DNA from: Picochlorum sp. SENEW3
Lineage: Eukaryota
Direction: 5' to 3'
NCBI GenBank assembly: GCA_034226945.1
Contig: CP120458.1
Span: 868,001-932,000, forward strand
DNA length: 64,000 nucleotides
Under the pieces are notes generated by a model. That model was not told the DNA's origin. It saw only the letters and a program-made list of their open reading frames with translations, and searched no databases. Shown in pieces: positions 46,123 through 55,980 of the stretch. Each line of letters begins with the position of its first letter. The first letter of the stretch is position 1. The translations under genes were made by a program, and so were the position numbers.

Positions 46123-46674
46123 ATGGGTGGAAAATTCAGCTGGTTCAAGGTCGACGTGTACGTCTCATGGACCCTGTGTCGACATTTTGATACAGGATCG
46201 TCTTCATTTGAGTACTAGTAATATTGTACATTGTATATTTGTCAAAATAGCGCAGCAACCCTATTCCTCTTGGCGTTCAATGCGTTGGGAGGAACGCAAC
46301 TTCGGATTCACCCTTTTTTTTTACGATGGGGTGGTGCACGATGGACTGAAAAACTGACATCTACACTTTTAATTAAACATACAGGTTGCCAGTCGTGGCT
46401 GCTGTCGCAGCAGGGTGCACTGCTGCTGTGTACTCTATTGCAAGAAACTTGTACACCAACCCAGATGTTCAGTACGTGTATTATGTTGTATGAATAGAAA
46501 CCATCATGTCAAGTCAACTATATTATTATTGATTTCATGTGCAGTCTTACGTACGATACTCGTGGGGACCCCGTTCCTGAGAATGATAAAATTTCCAAGC
46601 GTGCAGAGGGATACTCATCATCATTCTACCGAGGAGTTCAGTCCAAAAAGGAGAATACAAAGATTTTTGGTTGA
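46123..46674 (+). CDS. B12D/NDUFA4(COXFA4)-like protein, 3 exons, 83 aa; not in ORF track
   Basis: Exons 46123-46157, 46385-46471 and 46545-46674 (GTACGT..CAG introns, in frame) give MGGKFSWFKVDVLPVVAAVAAGCTAAVYSIARNLYTNPDVHLTYDTR...AEGYSSSFYRG... Confidence 0.82.
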
Positions 46675-46746
46675 TTTGTAGATGATTTATTTGAATACAG
46701 TGCTCTTTATGTAATATCAAAATGTACGAGATATCCTGCTATCATG

Positions 46747-48129
46747 TCACTGCTTTGGGGCCTGCAAGTTCTCGAGTCCCTTGGTGACCTTGCAGTACTC
46801 TATAATGTCGCCCACCTGCATATCTTTGAGCAAATCAGCACCTTCTGTGATGTATCCAAACACAGCATATCTTCCGTCAAGCAGGTTGGATCCAGTAGGG
46901 GTTAATTCCGACTCCTTCAAGAGGAAGAAGATTTGAGATGATGCAGAGTTTGTTTCAAACTCTGATCGCGCCATGGCAAGGGTACCAAAGGCGTTGAATG
47001 GAAGGACTGGCTGCTCATTGAATCGACCATTGTCTTCCAATGTTTCTTCATACACTGGGGTAGAATCTCCTTGCACCATGACTTCGAATGGGATGCGTCT
47101 AACTGTTCCATTCTCTTCAAACCCTTCACCATCTGCTGGCTTTCCAGTCTGCACGACGAAACCATCGGCGCGCTGAATCTCCATGCCATCATAGAAACCC
47201 CGTCTCGCAAGATCTATAAAGTCTCCTGCACTGACTGGTGCATTGTATCCGTCCACAACAATTTGCATCACCCCTCCTGTTGCATTATCTTCTCTCAGAT
47301 CCTTAAACTTGATCTTCATTTCCAGAGACGCCCGTCCCTTGAGCTGTGGAAGATTTGAATATTCGGATGGCACTTCGAAAGGGAAACCCTTGACCATGGC
47401 CTGTTCAATATCGCCAACATAGCCCAACACCTCTTGCTGCTTGATTGGGACTTCCTGCTTGTCCTCAGCTTCAACCAATGCCTTGAACTCTTTCAATCCA
47501 TTACGAAGCTTCTCAATAGCTTCGTCTCCTTGTTTCACGGAATCAGGTGCAAAACTAGCACGAATATTCTTTTCCTCTTTATCCAGCATGCTTGCTGCAT
47601 ACTTGACCCGCTTGCCCACAGTCCCAAGAGACTTGCTTCCTGGAATCCTCAAATCCTCACTGATCTGTTCCAACTCTTTCTGAATCTTTCTGATTGGTTT
47701 ATTTTCAATTGGCAATGCATACCGCAACAGTGCGTTCGCATTCTTCACTGGATCCGCTGCCAACATGCCAGCCTGAGCCTCCTGTGGCAAGGCAATCCCA
47801 GTTGATGTCACAACAGTTGCAGCAGCCAATGCAGACACGGCCATTTTCTTCACAGCCTCATGCCATGTCTCGGTTTCAACCTTTGATTCTTGTGCATGCG
47901 CCGTCCCCTGCACATTCCACAAAGATGATGATGGTACCAAAGTGAGTTTCCTCTCCTCTTCCTGATATGAATACGAGAGTGCAGTCTCGTGATGCGCATC
48001 GCCATCGCATACCTTGTTCGCTGACATACTACGGAATCTGTTGACTGGCATTGGCCGCATTCCGAGAGGATCGGCCTTTGTCGTGATGGACGAATGTCGT
48101 CGGGAAATTGCGACTGACTGCAACGCCAT
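46747..48129 (-). CDS. CYP38: Thylakoid lumen cyclophilin CYP38/TLP40
   Basis: Bipartite transit peptide ending AQA, ALLRYALPI, VDGYNAPVSAGDF, LPFNAFGTLAMAR, LDGRYAVFGY. Confidence 0.95.
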   Translation of the reverse strand: MALQSVAISRRHSSITTKADPLGMRPMPVNRFRSMSANKVCDGDAHHETALSYSYQEEERKLTLVPSSSLWNVQGTAHAQESKVETETWHEAVKKMAVSALAAATVVTSTGIALPQEAQAGMLAADPVKNANALLRYALPIENKPIRKIQKELEQISEDLRIPGSKSLGTVGKRVKYAASMLDKEEKNIRASFAPDSVKQGDEAIEKLRNGLKEFKALVEAEDKQEVPIKQQEVLGYVGDIEQAMVKGFPFEVPSEYSNLPQLKGRASLEMKIKFKDLREDNATGGVMQIVVDGYNAPVSAGDFIDLARRGFYDGMEIQRADGFVVQTGKPADGEGFEENGTVRRIPFEVMVQGDSTPVYEETLEDNGRFNEQPVLPFNAFGTLAMARSEFETNSASSQIFFLLKESELTPTGSNLLDGRYAVFGYITEGADLLKDMQVGDIIEYCKVTKGLENLQAPKQ

Positions 48130-48839
48130 TGGTACTGATCGTCGATAAATATGTCAGAAAATTGGATATGTAATTTAAATATGGAATATCGGAGGGGGTG
48201 TAGTAGCCATGGAAATGTGAGGATGAAATCTATCTCTTGTGGTAGCTCCGGATCTGCGGATGATTTTTTATGTATCTCAATTAAGGAAGGGTGTCGAGTT
48301 TTTGGTGTACTGAGACAGTACATTTCATATGATTTGGTTCTTATGGGATCATAAGAGGGTAGATATGCATGGTGCTGGCCCTTGAGGCGAAGAGAATGAT
48401 CCATGTCACATCATGCAGCTACATACAGTCGTCATGTCCAAGAGCAAGAGGCTGACACAGCATACACGTCATGACTGCTGCCATGTGTCACGTTCTGCCG
48501 TGTGTCATGTCATGAATCCACGAGTAGAATGAATAGGAATGTCCATATATGTACTATGAATGTCAATGAATACAGAGATGCAGAAACCTCTCTCTCCCTG
48601 AGAAAGACCAGAGAGTCTTTGGACCAGCCCTCAGGGCTGGTCCATGCTGTGTCATTTCATGGCAGCTTCCTCGTCCCCTCCAAGACTTTTGAAGCTTCTA
48701 CATGGTCAAAAGTTGATTCCGTCATGATATCTATAGTGATTCCAAGGGTCAAGTTACTTTTAATTCCATCTTCTACTTTTATTGCACAGCTTCTGAGTGT
48801 CGTCTTGTCATTCTGGTCCATAATTGTTGGTGACTAACC

Positions 48840-49835
48840 ATGTCTGTGATTGTATGCAAGTTCATTTGTGTGTTGGCCTTGTGCCTGATGTTGTCTCCTG
48901 TGCACGCGGAGGATATGGCTGGTATCATCTCAGAAGTCAACACGACTCTGTCGCCTAATGATACGGTTGCTGCGCCTATGGCTGATGGTCCTCCCACAAG
49001 GCCACGGGATAGCCTGCAGCCCACCCCACCATCTGAGATCGTGGTTGAGGTCAACAGCACCTCAAATGCAAGCACTACGGCTACATTGAGTGGAAGACCA
49101 AGACAACGTGTCGTCGGACTCACAGCACCCGTGGAGACTCCAACGATCGTGGAAGGTGCCAATGAACCCTCTGGAACCAATGCACGCCAACAAGTTTGCA
49201 CTGCGATTACTTGGTTCTCCAGCAAATACGGAACATGCTATCCCTTGAGCGGCAAATGTTGGCAGTACGATAACACGGATGCAGAAACATGTACCAACGG
49301 ACTTGACTTAATGAATTGCAAGTGGGATCCCTATACCAAATACTGCGATCCAGTATGTGGTCCCTATGAGTGGTATTCCAGCAACTATGGTGTATGCTAC
49401 GACAAGAACGGCAAATGTAACCAATACGATTCCACAGATTCGTATACGTGTACTACTGGGAAGGACAATCTCGATTGCAAGTGGGATCCCTATAAAGGTT
49501 GGTGTGATCCAGAGTGCAAGTGGTATGAATTTTCCTCGAGCAAATATGGAAAATGCTTCGACAAGAATGGTAAATGTTGGCAGTACGACAACACGGATGC
49601 AAAAACATGTACCAACAGCAAGGACAACCTCAAGTGTCAGTGGGATCCTTACACCAAATACTGCGATCCAGTATGTGGTCCCTTTCAGTGGTATTCCAGC
49701 ACCTATGGTGTATGCTACGACAAGAATGGCAAGTGTACCCAATATGATGGCACAGATTCGTACACGTGTACTACTGGAAATGATAACCTCGTGTGTCAGT
49801 GGAATTCCAGCAAAAAGTGGTGTGACCCAATATAG
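48840..49835 (+). CDS. Secreted Cys-rich repeat protein, paralog 1 (4 x 53 aa)
   Basis: Signal peptide, Pro/Thr linker, four 6-Cys repeats. Confidence 0.85.
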   Translation: MSVIVCKFICVLALCLMLSPVHAEDMAGIISEVNTTLSPNDTVAAPMADGPPTRPRDSLQPTPPSEIVVEVNSTSNASTTATLSGRPRQRVVGLTAPVETPTIVEGANEPSGTNARQQVCTAITWFSSKYGTCYPLSGKCWQYDNTDAETCTNGLDLMNCKWDPYTKYCDPVCGPYEWYSSNYGVCYDKNGKCNQYDSTDSYTCTTGKDNLDCKWDPYKGWCDPECKWYEFSSSKYGKCFDKNGKCWQYDNTDAKTCTNSKDNLKCQWDPYTKYCDPVCGPFQWYSSTYGVCYDKNGKCTQYDGTDSYTCTTGNDNLVCQWNSSKKWCDPI

Positions 49836-50278
49836 GTGGTTCTCTCACTGAAGCGGTACAACATGTTTTGACACATTCCTGTCCCTTCTTCCAAGCCGCC
49901 ACGATACAGATACCTATGAATGCTTTTGAACTTATTTCCATCGATCTTTGTTGATTCAGTGCATATGTGGCTGTTTAATGCGAGGCTAATTGGATGGCCA
50001 CGCGGTCATAAGTCACGCCAGATTTATTGTATGTTATGCTGTTTTTTCTTTTGTTTTGATGTCTTGGTAGTTTCCATTTTGGCTGTAATAAAGTCGTGGC
50101 GATTGATACGGATGCCTCTAGTCTAATAATGTCGGTGGAATGTCACCATAATACACAAACCACATGGAATATCCCCAGCCCAGTGTGTTCCGTGGTATAG
50201 TTCCCTATTGTATGCTACGACGTCACCACATGCAACCATGCGTACAGATGCGATGGTCTACGGCAGTATTGTGACGAA

Positions 50279-50560
50279 ATGCAAAAATGCCATCCGAGAC
50301 TGCACCTCAGTCCAAGGAGTCCTAATGGGGGCTGCGACTGTGCAGTACTGCCGGCAGGGGTTTGCCACCAGGCGCCAAGGCCCAAGCAGGCAGAAGGAGA
50401 TGGTATGGTAGCCATACCATCCATGGAGTCTGCACCGATGATGGAAGTTAGCCAGAATGAGACCTCTGGCATCACGGCAAGTCAATATTGCCCAACAACT
50501 TCTTGGTACTCTAGCAAGTACGGCAAGTGCTATCCCAGGAGCGGAAAGTGCTGGGGGTAG
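50279..50560 (+). pseudogene. Truncated paralog of the Cys-rich repeat family
   Basis: ..NETSG..CPTTSWYSSKYGKCYPRSGKCWG* stops partway through the first repeat; no signal peptide seen. Confidence 0.65.
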
Positions 50561-50940
50561 CTTTGTTTGGTTGAACAACTTGGGGTACTTGGCCAACGAG
50601 ACGATCATGGGATATCTTCAGCATGAAGAGGGCCATTTCATTCACGTGAATCTATTGCGATGATATAATTGTATCATCGCATACTGCCGCTTGTCCTCAT
50701 TCTCAAGAATCTGATGCATCCGTTGACCATGGTCAACGCCATGGAAGCTGTCTCGTCCCCTCCAAGACTGATGAAGGTTCATAAAGTCAACGGTAGATCC
50801 GGAGATGATCCTTCTCGCCACGGCAAGAGGCACCGTATATGGATTCTTATTTTCTATTATATTCTTCATACTATTGAAATTTTGAATGCATAATTGATAT
50901 TTGCGTCTACATTTTGGCATTTCGCATGGCAGGGCTCACA

Positions 50941-51750
50941 ATGAAGCCCGTTGTTGTATTTGCTACGTGCCTCGCCTTGATTTTGTGCAATGTTCAGGCA
51001 GAGAATGCGGCACTATTGTCTGGTATCATCGAGGAAGTCAATGTGACGGCGTTGTCGAACGACACTGTCGCTCCGGCTTTTACTTCTGGTCTTCCTTCTA
51101 GGCCACGAGGCAGTTTGCCGTCTAGAGCAAGTATCAGGGCGAGGCAAGCAGCAGAGAAAGGAAAGACTGCTCCAGATGAAGTACAGATCTCTTCTGAGAA
51201 TGTTTTAATCGAGAATGATAACTTTCAACCGACCAGGACTGTGGAAGACATTGCGGCACCAAGAGCAATCTGCCCAGGTGATGACTGGTACTCGGACATC
51301 CATGATAAATGCTATGACAAATTCGGTTATTGCCCTCAATATGACTACACCGATCCTTCCACCTGTATCAATGCAAACGACGATATGCTTTGCCAGTGGA
51401 ATACCTTTTATGAGGTTTGTGATAATGTCTGTGCTTTAAATGAATGGTACTCTCAAACATATGCTCTCTGCTATGACAAATCTGCGAGCTGTTGGCAGTA
51501 CGATGGCACTGATGCTAAAACGTGTATGAATAAATCTGATAAGATGGTATGCACGTGGAATGAACAGAGTCAGCTGTGCGATGCTGTGTGTTCAGCGAAT
51601 GAATGGTACTCGAGCACATATGGCAAATGCTATGACAAAAATGGTGGCTGTGACCAGTACCACGGAACAGATGCCTTTACGTGTACTAATCCATCGGACA
51701 ACATTATATGTTCTTGGGATTCGAGCACCATGTGGTGTGATCCTCTGTAG
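50941..51750 (+). CDS. Secreted Cys-rich repeat protein, paralog 2 (3 x 53 aa)
   Basis: Signal peptide, GIIEEVN..LSNDTVA, RPRGSL, three repeats. Confidence 0.85.
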   Translation: MKPVVVFATCLALILCNVQAENAALLSGIIEEVNVTALSNDTVAPAFTSGLPSRPRGSLPSRASIRARQAAEKGKTAPDEVQISSENVLIENDNFQPTRTVEDIAAPRAICPGDDWYSDIHDKCYDKFGYCPQYDYTDPSTCINANDDMLCQWNTFYEVCDNVCALNEWYSQTYALCYDKSASCWQYDGTDAKTCMNKSDKMVCTWNEQSQLCDAVCSANEWYSSTYGKCYDKNGGCDQYHGTDAFTCTNPSDNIICSWDSSTMWCDPL

Positions 51751-52324
51751 AGTGCCATTGTACTGTCTACATGTTTTAGCAGCCAGTGTAATGTATGCAC
51801 CTGCCGCTGTACCCTCTATCTGGTTGAAGTCACAATTCATTGACATCCTATTCCTTTGTACATACATACTAATGATATGACTTGCAAAATTTTTGTAATC
51901 AACAACTCTCACAAGTACGGGCCAATTGGATGGCACGAAATCATCCTATGTTTTTCTTTGATTTGACCCTGTACTTAAACGTCTTGCTCCCAGGGATCGG
52001 TAGCGGTGTGATTGCAAAATATCTTTTAAAAAACCAGACCAGGCTATGCTGCAAGCAATAGCGCGCTCTGGATGAATGTCGCTTGCGCTGTCGTGGAGCC
52101 CGGATATAGGCCCATGTGATGTCTGGGGTCCAAGGAAGGTGCTCGGTCCCAATTCCCCAGTTCCAAGACTGTTGAAGCTGCCTGGCAGCTTCTGCAACGT
52201 TCGGGTCAACGATAGATTCTGATGTAATAAGAGCTCTCATGGGTCGAGGTGCGATTGAATCATTTAAAATACAAGTTTGTACGTTGGTGTTGAACTCGAT
52301 CAATCTTGAGCAAATCAGGTTATC

Positions 52325-53197
52325 ATGTTTATGTCGACATTGAAATCAGTCTGTCTCGTTGCTGTTGTTGTTGGTGTTGCCTGCCTTGGGGTGGTCCACG
52401 CTAGCAGTGAGGCGTTGACCTCCGACATCGTGGCTGAGGTTGCTCCTATTGGAAGTGACAACCAGCCAATACCACCGACACCAACTCCTGACCCACTCTC
52501 AAGGCCGCGAGGCAGCTTGAAGTCCCAAGCACACCTTGAGAAGAGAGCTGTGGGAAGGAATGAGGACAAAGCCCAGCCAGCACGGAGACCCCCCAAACCC
52601 ATCGAATCAGCAGAAATTGTGCTCGAGGAGAGCAATATCGCGCTGATGAACGCCACTACAGTGGATGGCAATACAGTATTGAATGAAACCTCTTCAGACA
52701 GTGAACGACAAGGATCATGCTCTCTGGGGTACTGGTACTCCAGCTTTTACGGGCAATGCTTTGACAAAAATGGAAATTGCTTGCAGTATGACGACACAGA
52801 TGCAAGTACCTGCACAAATGGGAATGACAACATTCTGTGCGAGTGGGATTCCAGTAATCTCTGGTGCAATCCACAGTGCTCCTCAGGCCAATGGCTCTCC
52901 ACCTTGTATGGACGATGCTTTGATAAAAATGGCAATTGCTTCCAGTATGACGACACAGATGCAAGCACCTGTACAAATGGGTATGACAACATTCAGTGCG
53001 AGTGGGATTCCAGTAATCTCTGGTGCAATCCACAGTGCTCCTCAGGCCAATGGCTCTCCACCTTGTATGGACAATGCTTTGATAAAAATGGCAATTGCTT
53101 CCAGTATGACGGCACAGATGCAAGCACCTGCACAAATGGGAATGACAACATTCTGTGCCAGTGGGATTCCAGTAATCTCTGGTGCGATCCAGTGTAG
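52325..53197 (+). CDS. Secreted Cys-rich repeat protein, paralog 3 (3 x 53 aa)
   Basis: Signal peptide, RPRGSL, three near-identical 159-bp repeats. Confidence 0.85.
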   Translation: MFMSTLKSVCLVAVVVGVACLGVVHASSEALTSDIVAEVAPIGSDNQPIPPTPTPDPLSRPRGSLKSQAHLEKRAVGRNEDKAQPARRPPKPIESAEIVLEESNIALMNATTVDGNTVLNETSSDSERQGSCSLGYWYSSFYGQCFDKNGNCLQYDDTDASTCTNGNDNILCEWDSSNLWCNPQCSSGQWLSTLYGRCFDKNGNCFQYDDTDASTCTNGYDNIQCEWDSSNLWCNPQCSSGQWLSTLYGQCFDKNGNCFQYDGTDASTCTNGNDNILCQWDSSNLWCDPV

Positions 53198-53671
53198 AGT
53201 ATTTTCTCACTGAATTGGTACTCCTTGTAAGACCACGCTCTCTCTCGCTTCGGGAGAAGCCACAATACAGTTATACAAGACTGATTTGTTCATACCCATC
53301 CATGATTCTTGATTGTGTTGATCTGTTGATAAGTTGGCATATATGCCATGTTTTGGTTTGTCTGTAATCATAGCGATGTAGCAGGAGAGAGATGGGTACT
53401 GGATGCTCACCTAGAGTCTTGAGCATCTCTCTCTGCATTCTCTTGGCCCTGTCATCCTTGTCCAGCCCCGCAAAAATAGAAATCAAGAGAATCTGACGCA
53501 AGATAGGTTGCCCCATCATGAATACAGTGACATCTAGACTATGTTCTAGAATGAGATTCTTGCATAAAAAAGTCTTCATCCAACAGACCGTATGTCCCAT
53601 TGCGATTACCTGGCACTCCACCCCCATTCCAGTGCCAATTTCAATTCAATTTTCCCTCTCAAATAGTCATC

Positions 53672-54280
53672 ATGTTATTTCCTAGTGCACATTGTCGTGT
53701 GGCAACAGAGTTGAGGGTCGTATCGTGTGGTTCTCACTCTACACTTGCAAAGCAGACAACCTTTCAGACACGTAGAAGCAGATCAAGCCCTTTCTTTGGC
53801 ATTAAATACAGCATTAAAAATAATGTACCAAGGATACAACACGTGTATGCTTCTGCCCCAGACGAGGAAGGAGACTCTCCTACCACCGCAGGAGATGGAA
53901 CCAGTCTCAAGTCGGATAGAGATCTCGCTGAAGAAGAAGCTGAACGCCTTCGTGCTGCTGAAAAGTTCATGGTTATCGGAACTGGAGAGGCAGAATGTAA
54001 AGGATGTGGATATACGTACAAGCCAGGGAATGGCGACCCAGAATATCCAATAGCGAAAGGAACAAAGTTCAACGATTTGCCAGACGATTGGAATTGCCCA
54101 GTCTGTGGTGCAGAGAAGAAAATGTTTGTGTCGACACAGAAGGAAATTGCCGGTTTCGCGGAGAACCAAGGATACGGGTTGGGGACTAACAGTATGACTG
54201 GTGAACAGAAGAGTCTGCTGATTTTTGGGTCCCTGGCCGCATTTTTCGTCTTATTTTTGCTCGGATATGCGATGAACTAA
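53672..54280 (+). CDS. RBD1: Thylakoid rubredoxin RBD1/RubA
   Basis: [40 protein letters not shown] and a C-terminal TM. Confidence 0.93.
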   Translation: MLFPSAHCRVATELRVVSCGSHSTLAKQTTFQTRRSRSSPFFGIKYSIKNNVPRIQHVYASAPDEEGDSPTTAGDGTSLKSDRDLAEEEAERLRAAEKFMVIGTGEAECKGCGYTYKPGNGDPEYPIAKGTKFNDLPDDWNCPVCGAEKKMFVSTQKEIAGFAENQGYGLGTNSMTGEQKSLLIFGSLAAFFVLFLLGYAMN

Positions 54281-54343
54281 TTCTATGTAAAATCAAGCCA
54301 CAGCGGATGCTTTTTTTTTTGTAAGAGTGATGATCAATTTTCC

Positions 54344-55649
54344 TCATAAAAGATCTGCAAAAAAATTAGACACAGGTTCCTTCTGTGACTCCTTCTTGGG
54401 GATTTTGTGTGCCCCTTTGTTACGGCGTCCCTCATCAGCTGTGCGTTTACCTTTTCCTCTCGCACCATCATCAGAATCATCCGAGTCGGAATCACTGCGC
54501 TCTTCTTCTTCTTCTTTATCGACTTTATTGTCATCATCTTCTTCTTCTTCATCATCCAGCAGCAATCCAGTGTTCCACAGCTTGAGTGAACTATCATGGG
54601 ATATACTTGCCAGACACATTGCATCACCCTTCAACGCAATTTTTTCTATATCAAAGTCAGAGTGCTCCCCCAGGACACCCAGCATTTTATTTGGCTGAAT
54701 ACTCAGAACCCGAATCAGCCCATCACTGCTGCCCGTCAACACAGTCTCCTCATCAAATGCAACCATCCCTGTCACAGAATCCGGATGACCAGGGAACCGA
54801 TCACTGCAATCATTCCAATACCCCCAGCTATAAATATTCAAAACACCACTTGTCGTCCCGCACACCACCTTGCGGCCCTGCCGAATCACACACACTGACA
54901 AGAGTTCATCATCAGCATCATCCTCTGATCGATGTCGCACTTTGAATACGTTCCGGTCAATCATACAAAGCGTCCCATCCCCACTCACAGTCAATAGAGC
55001 ATCGTCATGCGCCACCATATCCGAGACGTAATCCGTATGAGGCTCCAATGATGCCACAGCCTTGTCACCACCAGCTCTCATATCCCACACCTTGACACAT
55101 CCTTCATCATCACCCGTCCACAACATTCCATCAACACTCAAACATCGATGAATACACGAATCGTGAGCATGCGATATTGTACGAATAACCTTTCCCTCGC
55201 TCCCTAGGTCAGTCACTCGGATCCCATGATCAGCAGAATACGCAGCACAAATCACATCCCCTCCCTGAGCAAACGCAATGCCTCGACACGAATCTACATT
55301 AACAGAGCAGCGGTCCTTTGATGCTTCCGAAGAACGGAGTGATGTACTTACTAGTGACGAAAACGAATCCTTCTCGTCACCATATCTGTAGACCTGCAGT
55401 GACCCATCAATGGTACCACATGCAACTATTCGTTCCTCATTACTCGGGTGAAATACGACATCCTACGAGAGAGAGATATACATTGAGAGTCCTATTGAGT
55501 AAGAAACAACACCCTGTTCTATGAACAGACATGGTGACTGAAAGTATCATGTTCGAATTTTCAACATTCCACAATGACATTGACACATGCAGCATGCCTA
55601 CCGTTGGAATGGACCCTACATCCACTGTATGCGTCAGAGCACCTTCCAT
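54344..55649 (-). CDS. WDR55: WD40 protein WDR55/JIP5
   Basis: DVVFHP..ACGTIDG, TGDDEGCVKVWD, H.DYVSDM, SGDGTL, DRFPGHP, SDGLIR, acidic tail ending FFADL. Confidence 0.85.
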
Positions 55650-55980
55650 GGATCTCAATTTTGGCCAGAAAATATCTAGATAAAAAAAAGTCTTGGTTAT
55701 TGATTCGACAGGGGAACATCATCCATGGCCATATGTAATATTTTATTTATGAAATCCGACCATGCCAATGGATTCTCATGAGATTTGATAGCGAGCTTCT
55801 GCTATCGAGATATATATTATTGTAATTGGACGCTGGCAGCTTCGATATGCGTGATGATAGCGTGTGCCTGAAGGAACAGCGATTGATCGATCGACTCATA
55901 GTCGTTCTGAAAGATTTTCATGATTTTTGTTAGCTACCAAACTATTTGTTTCATTTCCTACAAGACAGTGATATAGATCG

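Noticed and set aside
52080..52260. SRP RNA
   Set aside because: Only short matches; the conserved helix-8 motif is absent.
52718..53194. CRISPR-like array
   Set aside because: The repeats are contiguous in-frame coding units with no unique spacers and no cas genes.
53271..53627. 118-aa minus-strand ORF
   Set aside because: No recognisable homology; a possible splice donor alone is insufficient.
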